In this document: in pieces, positions 36,906-46,693 of the stretch
Layout of the letters: each line of letters begins with the position of its first letter
Position numbering within the stretch: the stretch's first letter is position 1
Source of the DNA: SAR324 cluster bacterium
Lineage (GTDB): Bacteria > SAR324 > XYD2-FULL-50-16 > JAERRU01
Direction: 5' to 3'
Assembly: GCA_016735295.1 (NCBI GenBank)
Contig: JAERRU010000018.1
Coordinates: 19,774 to 83,773, forward strand
DNA length: 64,000 nucleotides
Position numbers and translations under genes: made by a program
The notes under the pieces: model-generated
Databases searched by the model: none
What the model was told of the DNA's origin: nothing
Seen by the model: only the letters and a program-made list of their open reading frames with translations

Positions 36906-38648
36906 ATGTTTTTACAACTTTCAAAGATAGCCATCATTGCTATTATATTATTTAGCGTTAGTAAAAGTTCGCTAGAAGCAGTAGAAAAGATTGAACATAT
37001 AAAAAAGCCATATGTTAATGCAAAGGGCGCCGTGTTCTATCCTAACAAAAAGATTAGGCTCTTTTCTGCTAATAAAGAATTAAGCGCCGCTCCTAGTGAG
37101 CTGAAAAATCAAAAAAAGACTCCTTACCTAACTTTAACCAATATAGGAGCTAATGTTATCAGCCAGTCAACACAAATTGGCTCTGGAGCCAATGCCCTAA
37201 ATAAAAATAAATCTTCTTCTTTCACCATATACTACGACCCTATACCTCCAGTAGTTAATTTAAAATACCCAAAGGGATACAAAAAAGATGGTATTTTATA
37301 TTTAAGGAAACTAAATAGCATAACCATATCAGCCAAAGATAAGCTATCTGGTATAGAACAAGTATATGCTTCAATGAATAATCAGCCTTATCAACCAAGT
37401 GAAAATAAAATTACTTTTAGTGCTGATGGCTTTTATGAAATATTAGTTTATGCCGTAGATAATGTGGGTAATGCTAGCGTGCCTAGGCTATTGAAAATTA
37501 ATATAACCAACCAAATACCTTGGTCACAAACTTTTATCGCCCCTTATCAACTTGATGATAACCAAGATTTGGTGCTATCTCCCAGAAATTACATAGTGAT
37601 TAAAGCACAAACGGGTGATGCAGGTCTTAAGCGTACCTATTATACTTTTGATAGTTTTAAATATAAACAATACAAAAAACCTTTAGTGCTCAAAAATTTA
37701 AAATCGGGCAAGCATGTTCTTAAATATTACAGCATTGATAATGCTGGAAATAGAGAAAAAGAAAAACTCCTTAGCTTTTATATTGATAATAAGGGTCCTG
37801 CCCTTAGCTATAAGATAATAGGACCATCTTTGGTTAAAAATAAAAAACTTTATCTTTCTCCTAAAAGTGAAATTAAAGTTTTAGCTAAAGATGATAAAGC
37901 TGGTTTGTTAGAAATTATATATAGCTTAAATAATAAAAAACCTAGATTTTACCGAGAATCATTTAATTTAACTAATGATAGAGTGCATCATAGGCTAAAA
38001 ATTTGGGCTTTAGATGAGGTAGAAAATAGGTCAAATTCTTTAATCAAAGAATTTATACTTGATGAAACCGCTCCTAATACAAAATTAAAATTTAAGGGTA
38101 TGTATGTAGTAGAATCATCAAATAAAATTTATATATCGCCCAAAACTAAAGTTTCAATTAGTGCTATTGATGATTTATCGGGAGTAGATAATATTTATTA
38201 TTCTATTAATAATGGCCCAGAACAAATTTTCACAAAGCCATTAGAATTTGGCGATCAAGAATCTTATAATTTATTATTTTATAGTAGCGATAAATTAAAT
38301 AACCACAGTGATTTTAAAGAAATTGAAATCGCTACCGACTATCAAGGACCACAAATAGAAATTAGCCTTGATAAACCAGCTTTAAATAATAATAATAATA
38401 ATAATAATAATCCAACTAATATAGCTGGTGATAATTACGCCCTTAAAGTTAGAATGCACTTGTTATCAACTGATGATGGGTCTGGTGTAGGTAGTATTAT
38501 ATATAAATTAAACGAACAGGCGGAGCAGGTATATTTGCAACCTTTATCACTTAATCGGGTGGGGAAAAATGCCATTTTGATTAAATCGGTAGATCGGGTG
38601 GGAAATTTAACTGAGAAGCTAGTAAATGTTAATGTTGTGGCTAACTAG
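36906..38648 (+). CDS. Secreted protein with five tandem Ig-like (OmpL47-type) repeats
   Basis: Signal peptide. Repeated A.D..SG....Y......Y.....L....G.H....Y..D..GN units ending YAVDNVGN, YSIDNAGN, WALDEVEN, YSSDKLNN, KSVDRVGN. Confidence 0.75.
   Translation: MFLQLSKIAIIAIILFSVSKSSLEAVEKIEHIKKPYVNAKGAVFYPNKKIRLFSANKELSAAPSELKNQKKTPYLTLTNIGANVISQSTQIGSGANALNKNKSSSFTIYYDPIPPVVNLKYPKGYKKDGILYLRKLNSITISAKDKLSGIEQVYASMNNQPYQPSENKITFSADGFYEILVYAVDNVGNASVPRLLKINITNQIPWSQTFIAPYQLDDNQDLVLSPRNYIVIKAQTGDAGLKRTYYTFDSFKYKQYKKPLVLKNLKSGKHVLKYYSIDNAGNREKEKLLSFYIDNKGPALSYKIIGPSLVKNKKLYLSPKSEIKVLAKDDKAGLLEIIYSLNNKKPRFYRESFNLTNDRVHHRLKIWALDEVENRSNSLIKEFILDETAPNTKLKFKGMYVVESSNKIYISPKTKVSISAIDDLSGVDNIYYSINNGPEQIFTKPLEFGDQESYNLLFYSSDKLNNHSDFKEIEIATDYQGPQIEISLDKPALNNNNNNNNNPTNIAGDNYALKVRMHLLSTDDGSGVGSIIYKLNEQAEQVYLQPLSLNRVGKNAILIKSVDRVGNLTEKLVNVNVVAN
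38385..38411 (+). repeat. (AAT)9 microsatellite encoding Asn9
   Basis: Nine perfect triplets counted. Confidence 0.95.
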
Positions 38649-38680
38649 ACCTTTTATTTAGCATATGATTTGCTAGTATA

Positions 38681-39856
38681 ATGAGGAATGATTTCATTTT
38701 CACATCAGAATCTGTCACAAAAGGTCACCCCGATAAATTGTGTGATCAGATATCTGATCGTATTTTAGATGCATGCTTGGCTGGAGACGTTGATTCTAAG
38801 GTTGCTTGCGAAGTCATGGCTACAAAAAATTTAATTATCGTAGCAGGAGAAATCACTACTAAGGCGTTCATCAATCCTGAGTCTATTGTGAGAAGCACTG
38901 TTAAGGATATTGGGTACGATGATATTGCTAAAGGCTTAGATTATAAATCGCTATCGGTAATATCAACATTAAATAATCAATCTCCCGATATAGCCCAGGG
39001 GGTTGTGGCGGGAATAGGCCTTAATAAGGGGCAAGGAGCTGGCGATCAGGGTTTGATGTTTGGCTACGCGACTGATGAAACGGATAGTTTTATGCCTATG
39101 CCTATATATTGTGCACATATGCTATCTAAGGCTTTAGATGACGCTAGGAAAGAAAAAAAAATCCCTTACCTTCGCCCTGATGGCAAAACGCAAGTTAGTA
39201 TTGAATATAAAAATAATCAACCAAAACGGGTGCATACAGTGGTGATGAGTGCACAACATGAAGAGGGTGTTGCTTATTCTGTAATAAAAAAAGACTTAAT
39301 TGAGCTTGCTCATCAAACCTTACCTAAGGGCTTGCTTGATGATAACACCATATTTCATATCAATCCCACTGGTAAGTTTACTATTGGGGGGCCGGCTGGT
39401 GATTGTGGCTTAACTGGGCGAAAAATTGCTGTTGATACTTATGGCGGGATGGGTCGGCACGGCGGAGGATCTTTTTCAGGAAAAGATCCGAGCAAGGTTG
39501 ACCGTTCGGCTACTTACATGGCCAGGTATATTGCTAAAAATATTGTAGCTTCTGGGTTAGTAAAGGAATGCGAGGTACAACTTAGCTTTGCTATTGGTTA
39601 TGACAAGCCTATATCAATTAATGTTAACACCTTTGGTAATAATAGCATCTCAAGTAGTACGTTAAAAGATATAATAAGTGATCGTTTTCCGTTAACGCCT
39701 ATGGGTATTATAAATGACCTTAAACTAAAGCGTCCTATTTACCAAAAGACTTCTTGTTATGGCCATTTTGGTCGTCAATCGAGTGATTTTACTTGGGAAA
39801 ATTTAGATAAAGTTAAATTTTTTACCCGTGAAGCGGCGCAAATATTTGGTTCGTAA
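38681..39856 (+). CDS. metK: S-adenosylmethionine synthetase
   Basis: FTSESVTKGHPDK, GAGDQG, GGGSFSGKDPSKVDRS. Confidence 0.98.
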   Translation: MRNDFIFTSESVTKGHPDKLCDQISDRILDACLAGDVDSKVACEVMATKNLIIVAGEITTKAFINPESIVRSTVKDIGYDDIAKGLDYKSLSVISTLNNQSPDIAQGVVAGIGLNKGQGAGDQGLMFGYATDETDSFMPMPIYCAHMLSKALDDARKEKKIPYLRPDGKTQVSIEYKNNQPKRVHTVVMSAQHEEGVAYSVIKKDLIELAHQTLPKGLLDDNTIFHINPTGKFTIGGPAGDCGLTGRKIAVDTYGGMGRHGGGSFSGKDPSKVDRSATYMARYIAKNIVASGLVKECEVQLSFAIGYDKPISINVNTFGNNSISSSTLKDIISDRFPLTPMGIINDLKLKRPIYQKTSCYGHFGRQSSDFTWENLDKVKFFTREAAQIFGS

Positions 39857-39952
39857 AGAAGAAATTTACTAAATTATCGTTATTTTTTCAAAGTTTTGCC
39901 CATATATGCCATTAGAATTACGATTAATTTTAAAGAATATTATAATGCTGTC

Positions 39953-41665
39953 ATGAATATTGGAGTAAGCCAAAAGTTGACCACTAAATTGGGAAGTCAT
40001 ATCATACTAGAAACCATTTTAGAGCAAGGAATAGATAAGGTATTTGGCTATCCTGGAGGCTGTGTTATTCCATTATTTGACGCATTATTAAAGTATCCTG
40101 CTCTTAAATTTTATCTAGTTAGGCACGAGCAAGGAGCAACTCACGCGGCCGATGGTTTAGCTAGGGCAACAGGCAAGGCGCAGGTAGTATTTGCTACTTC
40201 TGGCCCAGGGGCAACTAATTGCATGACAGGCATAGCAACTGCTTTAATGGATTCTGTGCCTCTAATTGTGATTACTGGCCAGGTAAAAAAATCGGTGATC
40301 GGCACTAACGCTTTTCAAGAGACTAATGTAGTTGGTCTTAGCCGGCCGATAACTAAGCACAATTTTTTAATTAATGACATAAAGGAGTTGCAATTTGTCC
40401 TTAGAAAGGCATTTTTCATTGCTAACACGGGTCGTAAGGGGCCGGTATTGATAGATATTCCAGTTGATATACAAACAGAGAGTTGCCACTACGATTCTAA
40501 TCCTAAACCTATTGTCATAAGAGGTTATCAAGATAAGATGGTTGCCGCTGATGATTTAGTAGAAAAGGCGTGGCAAATGATTGCAAAGGCGAAAAAGCCG
40601 ATAATTTATGCTGGTGGTGGTAGCAATTCTAAGGAAAGCTCTGATGAGTTAATTAAATTCATTAAAAAAACTAAATTACCCATTACCACCACCTTACTAG
40701 CCCAAGGCGTTTATCCTGAGAGAGATTCACTATCTTTAGGAATGCTTGGCATGCATGGCACTTATGGGGCTAATATAGCTATGACTAAATGTGATCTTTG
40801 CTTGGTGATTGGAGCTAGATTTGATGATCGAGTAACTGGTGAGATAGCTAGTTTTTTGAAACAATCAAAAATTATTCATGTAGATCTAGATCCTAGTTCA
40901 ATTAATAAAGTTAAAATATCTGATCTTAATATACTATCTGATTCACTTTCCTTTTTACAGAAAATAAATCTGTTAGCACGTCAACTTGATACGACTAAAT
41001 GGTTGAAACAATTAGATGATATAAAAGCCAAAGCCCCTTTAAAACAGTATATAGATTATCAACCAAAAACAGATAAATTAAGGCCAGAATATATACTAAA
41101 ATTATTATCAGACATCACCAAGGGCAAAGCTTTTATAGTAACCGATGTAGGGCAGCATCAAATGTTTACTAGCTTGCATTATTCTTTTATGTATCCTAGG
41201 TCACACATTACTAGTGGCGGATTGGGCACTATGGGCTTTTCACTGCCGGCGGCTATGGGAATTGCTACTGAATTTAAAGATAGAGTAGTTATTTCTATTT
41301 CTGGTGATGGCGGATTTCAAATGTGCATGCAGGAGCTAGCTATGATTAGGGATTATAGTTTAGCGGTTAAGATATTTATTTTTAATAATAGAAATTTAGG
41401 GATGGTAAAGCAATGGCAAGATTTTTTTTGGGAAGCTAGATATGCCAGTACTACTTTTGATTTTAATCCTAGTTTCACTATGATTGGTAAAGCTTTTGAT
41501 ATACCTAGCTATGCGGTAAGGGAAAAAAATGAGGTGGCTGGAGCGATAAATAAAGCTCTTAATACTAAGGGGCCTGTATTGGTTGAATTTAAGATAGATC
41601 CTGATTCGCACGTATTTCCTATGGTACCTGCCGGGGCTAAATTGAGTGATATTATTACTAAATAA
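39953..41665 (+). CDS. ilvB: Acetolactate synthase large subunit
   Basis: FGYPGG, RHEQGATHAADG, TSGPGATN, GMLGMHG, GDGGFQM. ATG 39953 preferred over TTG 39896. Confidence 0.95.
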   Translation: MNIGVSQKLTTKLGSHIILETILEQGIDKVFGYPGGCVIPLFDALLKYPALKFYLVRHEQGATHAADGLARATGKAQVVFATSGPGATNCMTGIATALMDSVPLIVITGQVKKSVIGTNAFQETNVVGLSRPITKHNFLINDIKELQFVLRKAFFIANTGRKGPVLIDIPVDIQTESCHYDSNPKPIVIRGYQDKMVAADDLVEKAWQMIAKAKKPIIYAGGGSNSKESSDELIKFIKKTKLPITTTLLAQGVYPERDSLSLGMLGMHGTYGANIAMTKCDLCLVIGARFDDRVTGEIASFLKQSKIIHVDLDPSSINKVKISDLNILSDSLSFLQKINLLARQLDTTKWLKQLDDIKAKAPLKQYIDYQPKTDKLRPEYILKLLSDITKGKAFIVTDVGQHQMFTSLHYSFMYPRSHITSGGLGTMGFSLPAAMGIATEFKDRVVISISGDGGFQMCMQELAMIRDYSLAVKIFIFNNRNLGMVKQWQDFFWEARYASTTFDFNPSFTMIGKAFDIPSYAVREKNEVAGAINKALNTKGPVLVEFKIDPDSHVFPMVPAGAKLSDIITK

Positions 41666-41668
41666 CTT

Positions 41669-42151
41669 ATGACATCAAAAAAAACACGGCAAGTTTTATC
41701 TATTTTAGTATCAGATACATCGGGCACTTTGCTAAGAATTGCTGAGATTTTTGGTTCACGGGGATATAATGTTGATTCAATATGTTCTGGCAGCTGTGAA
41801 GAGCCTAATTGTCAACGTTTAACGCTAGTTTGCAATGAGCCCCCGAATAATATAGAAAAGATAGTGAAGCTACTAGATCAGCTAATAGATATTTATGATA
41901 TAACCTTAATTAATCCTGCTTCAGAAATTACTAGGGAATTGATGTTAGCTAAGATATCCTTTACTGGGGATAAACTTGCACTTCTTAATGATTTACGTGA
42001 GTTTGACGCTAAAATTATTAGAGATGACGATAAACATATTAGCTTAGAAGCTATTGGCACTGCTTATACTATAGATAAAATTTATGAAATAATAAAAAAA
42101 TATCAAATTGTGGAAATATCTCGTACTGGAGAAGCGGCTATACAAAAATAA
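41669..42151 (+). CDS. ilvN: Acetolactate synthase small regulatory subunit
   Basis: ACT domain (LSILV...G.L.RI..IF..RGYNVDS), REL.LAKI, EISRTG. Directly after ilvB. Confidence 0.9.
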   Translation: MTSKKTRQVLSILVSDTSGTLLRIAEIFGSRGYNVDSICSGSCEEPNCQRLTLVCNEPPNNIEKIVKLLDQLIDIYDITLINPASEITRELMLAKISFTGDKLALLNDLREFDAKIIRDDDKHISLEAIGTAYTIDKIYEIIKKYQIVEISRTGEAAIQK

Positions 42152-42169
42152 ACTTTAGTTACGCTAAAA

Positions 42170-42197
42170 TTGACAATTTGCTATCTTTTAGTATTCT
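42170..42197 (+). promoter_or_regulatory. Putative sigma70 promoter of ilvC
   Basis: TTGACA-N16-TATTCT. Confidence 0.5.
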
Positions 42198-42283
42198 TCA
42201 TTTTATGCGATTGATAATATAATAATTAATTATTTTGATTATTGTACAAATAAAAAAAATTAATTTTATACATATACACTTTT

Positions 42284-43288
42284 ATGAAAGAAGCTAATGA
42301 ATTTATCGTATATTACGATAAAGATGCTAATACTAATCTGTTAGCAAAAACAAAACTAGCAGTAATTGGCTTTGGTAGCCAAGGCCATGCCCATGCATTA
42401 AATTTAAAAGATTCAGGTTTTAATGTTGTGGTAGGCCTGCACGAGGCTTCAAAATCGATAGATAAGGTAAAAAAAGCTGGTGTTAAGGTTTTGTCTGTAG
42501 CTGAAGCTACTAAATGGGCAGATATGGTTATGTTACTCGCACCTGATCAACACCATGGAAAAATATATAATGATCATATAAAAGATAACCTTAGTGCAGG
42601 TAATATTTTAGCATTTGGACATGGGTTTAGCATTCATTATGGGCAAATAGTCCCTCCCAAAGATGTTGATGTGGTTATGATTGCCCCTAAAGGTCCGGGG
42701 CACTTGGTTAGACGAACTTACCAGCAAAATTCTGGCGTTCCTTGTATTATTGCGGTGCAAAATGACGCTTCTGGTAAAGCCAAAGAATATGCACTAGCAT
42801 GGGCTAAAGCTATTGGTGCGACAAAGGCGGGAGCTATTTTGACCACCTTTAAAGATGAAACTGAAACAGATTTATTTGGGGAACAAGCTGTGCTTTGTGG
42901 GGGAACGGTTGAATTAATTAAGGCTGGTTTTGATACTTTAGTTGAAGCTGGCTACCCGCCGCATATTGCTTATTTTGAATGTTTACATGAAATGAAGCTT
43001 ATCGTAGATCTCATTTATGAGGGCGGATTTAGCAAAATGAATCATTCTATTTCTGATACAGCTAAATATGGTGAATACATAAGTGGCCCTAAAATAATAG
43101 ATAAACATGTTAGAAAAAATATGAAAAAGGTGCTAACAGATATTCAAAATGGCAGCTTTTCTAAACGATGGTTATTGGAAAATTCGGTAGGAATGCCAGA
43201 ATTTAATGCTCTGCATAAAAAAACCAATGAGCACCCTATTGAAAAAATAGGTGCTAAGTTGAGAAGTATGTTTAGTTGGCTTAAATGA
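42284..43288 (+). CDS. ilvC: Ketol-acid reductoisomerase (class I)
   Basis: [37 protein letters not shown]. Confidence 0.98.
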   Translation: MKEANEFIVYYDKDANTNLLAKTKLAVIGFGSQGHAHALNLKDSGFNVVVGLHEASKSIDKVKKAGVKVLSVAEATKWADMVMLLAPDQHHGKIYNDHIKDNLSAGNILAFGHGFSIHYGQIVPPKDVDVVMIAPKGPGHLVRRTYQQNSGVPCIIAVQNDASGKAKEYALAWAKAIGATKAGAILTTFKDETETDLFGEQAVLCGGTVELIKAGFDTLVEAGYPPHIAYFECLHEMKLIVDLIYEGGFSKMNHSISDTAKYGEYISGPKIIDKHVRKNMKKVLTDIQNGSFSKRWLLENSVGMPEFNALHKKTNEHPIEKIGAKLRSMFSWLK

Positions 43289-43337
43289 TATATTCAATTT
43301 TTCATTACTTCGCACTACATATGATAATAAAATAATT

Positions 43338-44420
43338 ATGAGTACTCACAAAGATATAGTATTTTTAGCTGGCGACGGTATCGGCCCTGAGATATCAATT
43401 CAAGCACTTAAGCTATTAAAGCACTTTGCATCTATCTACGATATATCCTATAAAATCACTGAATTACCTATTGGTGGTGCTTGCTATGATATTCACCAAG
43501 TTCCTATTACTGATCAGATTTTGGATAGATGTAAAAAGGCTGACGCTGTTTTTTTAGGAGCTGTGGGAGGCGATAAATGGGATAATTTACCTATGAAATT
43601 TCGTCCAGAAAGTGCATTATTAAAACTAAGGAAAGGACTTGGGCTTTATGCTAATTTAAGACCAATAGAGATTTATGATGGTCTTGATTCTATTTCTCCC
43701 CTTAAAGCTAGCATAACTAAAGGGGTTGATTTAATGATTGTTCGAGAATTAACTGGCGGTATTTATTTTGGTAATCCTCGAGGAATCAAAGAAGTTAATG
43801 GCCAAAAGACTGGTTTTAATACTATGCAATACTGTGAAGATGAGATAAAGATAATTGCCAAGAAGGCTTTTGAATTGTCTTTGCAAAGATCTGGCAGGCT
43901 TTGCTCGGTGGATAAAGCAAATGTTTTAGAAACTAGCCGGCTATGGAGAGAGACTGTTGATGAAGTGGCTAAATCTTTTCCTAGCGTAAAGTTAAGCCAT
44001 ATGTATGTAGACAACGCGGCTATGCAATTAATTAGTAACCCGCGTCAGTTTGATTGCATTTTGACTGGTAATATGTTTGGTGATATTTTGAGCGATTTAG
44101 CCGCTACTATCACCGGTTCTATTGGTTTGTTACCTAGTGTTAGCATTGGGGGAAAAACCATTTTATATGAACCTGTGCACGGAAGTGCTCCTGATATTGC
44201 TGGCAAAAACCTAGCTAATCCTTTAGCGGCCTTTTCTTGTATTGGGCTTATGCTAAAACACACTTTCAAGATAGATAAAGCTGACGTACTACTAAACAAG
44301 GCTTTAACTAGTACACTAGAAAAATACCGCACTAGCGATATATGGCAAGATGGCACTACCAAGCTTGGCTGTTCGCAAATGGGGGATATATTTATTAAAA
44401 ATATTAGCAATTTTACTTAA
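43338..44420 (+). CDS. leuB: 3-isopropylmalate dehydrogenase
   Basis: GDGIGPE, RELTGGIYFG, VDKANVL, NMFGDILSD, EPVHGSAPDIAG. Confidence 0.97.
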   Translation: MSTHKDIVFLAGDGIGPEISIQALKLLKHFASIYDISYKITELPIGGACYDIHQVPITDQILDRCKKADAVFLGAVGGDKWDNLPMKFRPESALLKLRKGLGLYANLRPIEIYDGLDSISPLKASITKGVDLMIVRELTGGIYFGNPRGIKEVNGQKTGFNTMQYCEDEIKIIAKKAFELSLQRSGRLCSVDKANVLETSRLWRETVDEVAKSFPSVKLSHMYVDNAAMQLISNPRQFDCILTGNMFGDILSDLAATITGSIGLLPSVSIGGKTILYEPVHGSAPDIAGKNLANPLAAFSCIGLMLKHTFKIDKADVLLNKALTSTLEKYRTSDIWQDGTTKLGCSQMGDIFIKNISNFT

Positions 44421-45095
44421 ATGGATAAAAAAAATGGCTCACTACTCGATAAATTTGATAATCTTGAATATCCAGATAAACCAGATTCTAGCTCAGTTGA
44501 GATAGAAAGAAATGATCAAGACTTTATTTCAAAAATTAAAGATACCCTTACTAAATTTGTTAAATCAAATAAAATAAAGTTACCACTTGAGCCGATGAAT
44601 TCTTATTTAAGGAGGATAGTTCATATGGAAGCTACTGAATCTAATTTAGTTTCTAAATCTGAAGGAGAGGGAAGGGATCGTCATTTGGTTATTACTAAAA
44701 ATACAGATTCTAAAGATACTAAAGATACTAAAGAAACTAAAAAAACAAAGCTAGCGGCAGTAACTGAACCTGCTAAAAAAGAAAAAGAATCAACTAAAAT
44801 TGAAAAATCAAGCTTGCCTGCCTCGCAAGCGAGAGATAATAAAAGTAGGCCTGCTTTTGGCAACAGAGATAATAACAAAAGAAGCGGTTTTAAAGGTAGT
44901 TCATTTAGCCAACCAGATTTAAGTGAACGAGAATTTTTAATTGCGGTTTCTCCTAAAGGCATAGAAGTCATCATAGATGAAAGTGGCTTTATCGGCATAA
45001 AACAAGGACAATTGGGTGATAATATAATAGACTCAAAAATGATTAAAAGTGGTTCATTTAAAGTATCTAATAATAAGATAATCGAAATTCCTTGA
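44421..45095 (+). CDS. R3H-domain single-stranded nucleic-acid-binding protein with a basic low-complexity region
   Basis: LEPMNSYLRRIVH...SKSEGEGRDRHLVI is a canonical R3H motif (RxxxH). Confidence 0.8.
   Translation: MDKKNGSLLDKFDNLEYPDKPDSSSVEIERNDQDFISKIKDTLTKFVKSNKIKLPLEPMNSYLRRIVHMEATESNLVSKSEGEGRDRHLVITKNTDSKDTKDTKETKKTKLAAVTEPAKKEKESTKIEKSSLPASQARDNKSRPAFGNRDNNKRSGFKGSSFSQPDLSEREFLIAVSPKGIEVIIDESGFIGIKQGQLGDNIIDSKMIKSGSFKVSNNKIIEIP
44706..44750 (+). repeat. Imperfect 9-nt tandem repeat (DSK-DTK-DTK-ETK-KTK)
   Basis: gattctaaa gatactaaa gatactaaa gaaactaaa aaaacaaag. Confidence 0.7.
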
Positions 45096-46279
45096 ATAAA
45101 GAAACACTATCTTTAAATAGTGTTACTGGTGCAAATAGCCGAGCTTTAGTGAATTATGAGGCCTCTTTATATTGTAAAGAGCATATTGATTTTGGGTTAG
45201 CGTCTCAGTTAACCCACTTCATAGTTCATACTAGTGAGTTAAGCAAGCAGGGCACTGTATCTTTAGCTAGTATCAGCGGGCTCTTAAAACTATTTACGGC
45301 TAGTCAAAAAAAAATTCTCCTTCAAATAGACATTCCTTGTTTTAATGATGATTTACCTATATTGGTAAATAGTCTAGGAGAATTTATTGAGCAAGGAGTG
45401 GTGTTAAGAATTGAGGATGTGGGCTTGGCTAGATTGCTCCTCACTCGCTATCCGAATATGTTGTGGCACTTGATTTTAGCATATCATTCCAAAACTGCTC
45501 TCGCTTGGCAAGGCTGGATTAAATATTTTGGTAATTCTCTTAAAAGGCTGGTTATATCTGCAGAAATTCCTTATTTAGACCTTAAAAATCAGCAAATTAT
45601 ATTTAAAAAAACACATAAAAACGTAGATATTGAAATATTAGGTGCCGGCAAATTAACTATTTTTTATTCCACCAGAACTATTGATAGCGAGGTCGGCCAT
45701 TATCAACTAAGCCAGCCAGAAAGAGATAACACCCCTAATTTGAGAATGTTCAAGTCTAAGCATGGTTTTTGTGTTTATTTTGGACAAGATATATTTATAT
45801 TAGATCTTCATGAGCAAATATTAAGCAGTCAACCAGATGTGATAAGGCTTGATTTTTATAGGTCTATTCATTGGAATATTTTTAATCGCCACTATCCCCA
45901 AAATAACTGGCAAGAAAATGTAAAAAGGGAGTGGGCTAGTGGCACCAGTTATGGATTTTTCATGGCTAATCGCACTGATTCACCCTTTAGGTTGCTAAAA
46001 AATAAAAATTTATCTTCCATTGATCCGGCCAAAATAGTAGGTGCTAGCATTGAATATGTGAGGGATTCACATAATGTTATTAAATTAGAGAAAAACATAA
46101 AGCTACCAAAAATGCTTACTTTCATCACCCCTGAAGGATTTATTTTGAAACATTGCTTGGAAAATGCTGAAAATATTTTTAATCACAGCACTAGCAACAA
46201 CCTATCTCCTGGTTATTATCTGATTAAAGCGGTAAAAAAAGCCGTTCCCAAAAGTGTGATTATTGATGAAACCAGCTAA
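45092..46279 (+). CDS. Divergent peptidase U32 family protein
   Basis: D.GLARLL, KRLVISAEIPY, VDIEILGAG....FYSTR and VIRLD echo the U32 pattern (RVVLARELS, E.EVFVHG.....YS.R). TTG start overlaps the previous stop. Confidence 0.55.
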   Translation: MNKETLSLNSVTGANSRALVNYEASLYCKEHIDFGLASQLTHFIVHTSELSKQGTVSLASISGLLKLFTASQKKILLQIDIPCFNDDLPILVNSLGEFIEQGVVLRIEDVGLARLLLTRYPNMLWHLILAYHSKTALAWQGWIKYFGNSLKRLVISAEIPYLDLKNQQIIFKKTHKNVDIEILGAGKLTIFYSTRTIDSEVGHYQLSQPERDNTPNLRMFKSKHGFCVYFGQDIFILDLHEQILSSQPDVIRLDFYRSIHWNIFNRHYPQNNWQENVKREWASGTSYGFFMANRTDSPFRLLKNKNLSSIDPAKIVGASIEYVRDSHNVIKLEKNIKLPKMLTFITPEGFILKHCLENAENIFNHSTSNNLSPGYYLIKAVKKAVPKSVIIDETS

Positions 46280-46480
46280 CAAATAAAAATTTAGCCAACT
46301 TTTATCTCACCAGCAATATATATAGACTCAAAAACAATAGATCTAACTTTAGATCTACCTTTTGCTTGATTTTTTGATATAGCTATGCTAGCATACACCC
46401 GTGATGCGAAAATCTTTATCTGGAAGTAGGTAAAGTAATTTAATAATTTTTTTACTAATAACAATTTATATTTTTAAAAA

Positions 46481-46666
46481 ATGTCCCCAGAAGTTGGAGT
46501 ATATATCTATGTTATCTCAACTATATTATTTTCAGTGATTATTTTAGCTTATCTGTATTATGTATTATCGATGAAAGGAGAAAAGGCTAAGAAAATTGAA
46601 TCTCACGGTAACATAATATTCACCGAAGAACCTTTGGATCCTTATAAATCCAAAAATAAATCTTAA
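46481..46666 (+). CDS. Small single-TM protein resembling cbb3 oxidase subunit CcoQ
   Basis: 61 aa, one TM helix followed by a basic patch and E....IF.E, as in CcoQ/FixQ. No ccoNOP nearby. Confidence 0.5.
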   Translation: MSPEVGVYIYVISTILFSVIILAYLYYVLSMKGEKAKKIESHGNIIFTEEPLDPYKSKNKS

Positions 46667-46693
46667 GCGTAATAAACCAAGGTTGATCTATCA

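Noticed and set aside
38649..38680. SAM riboswitch upstream of metK (also checked before metZ, 63198-63246)
   Set aside because: Both intergenic gaps are short and contain no recognisable SAM riboswitch consensus.
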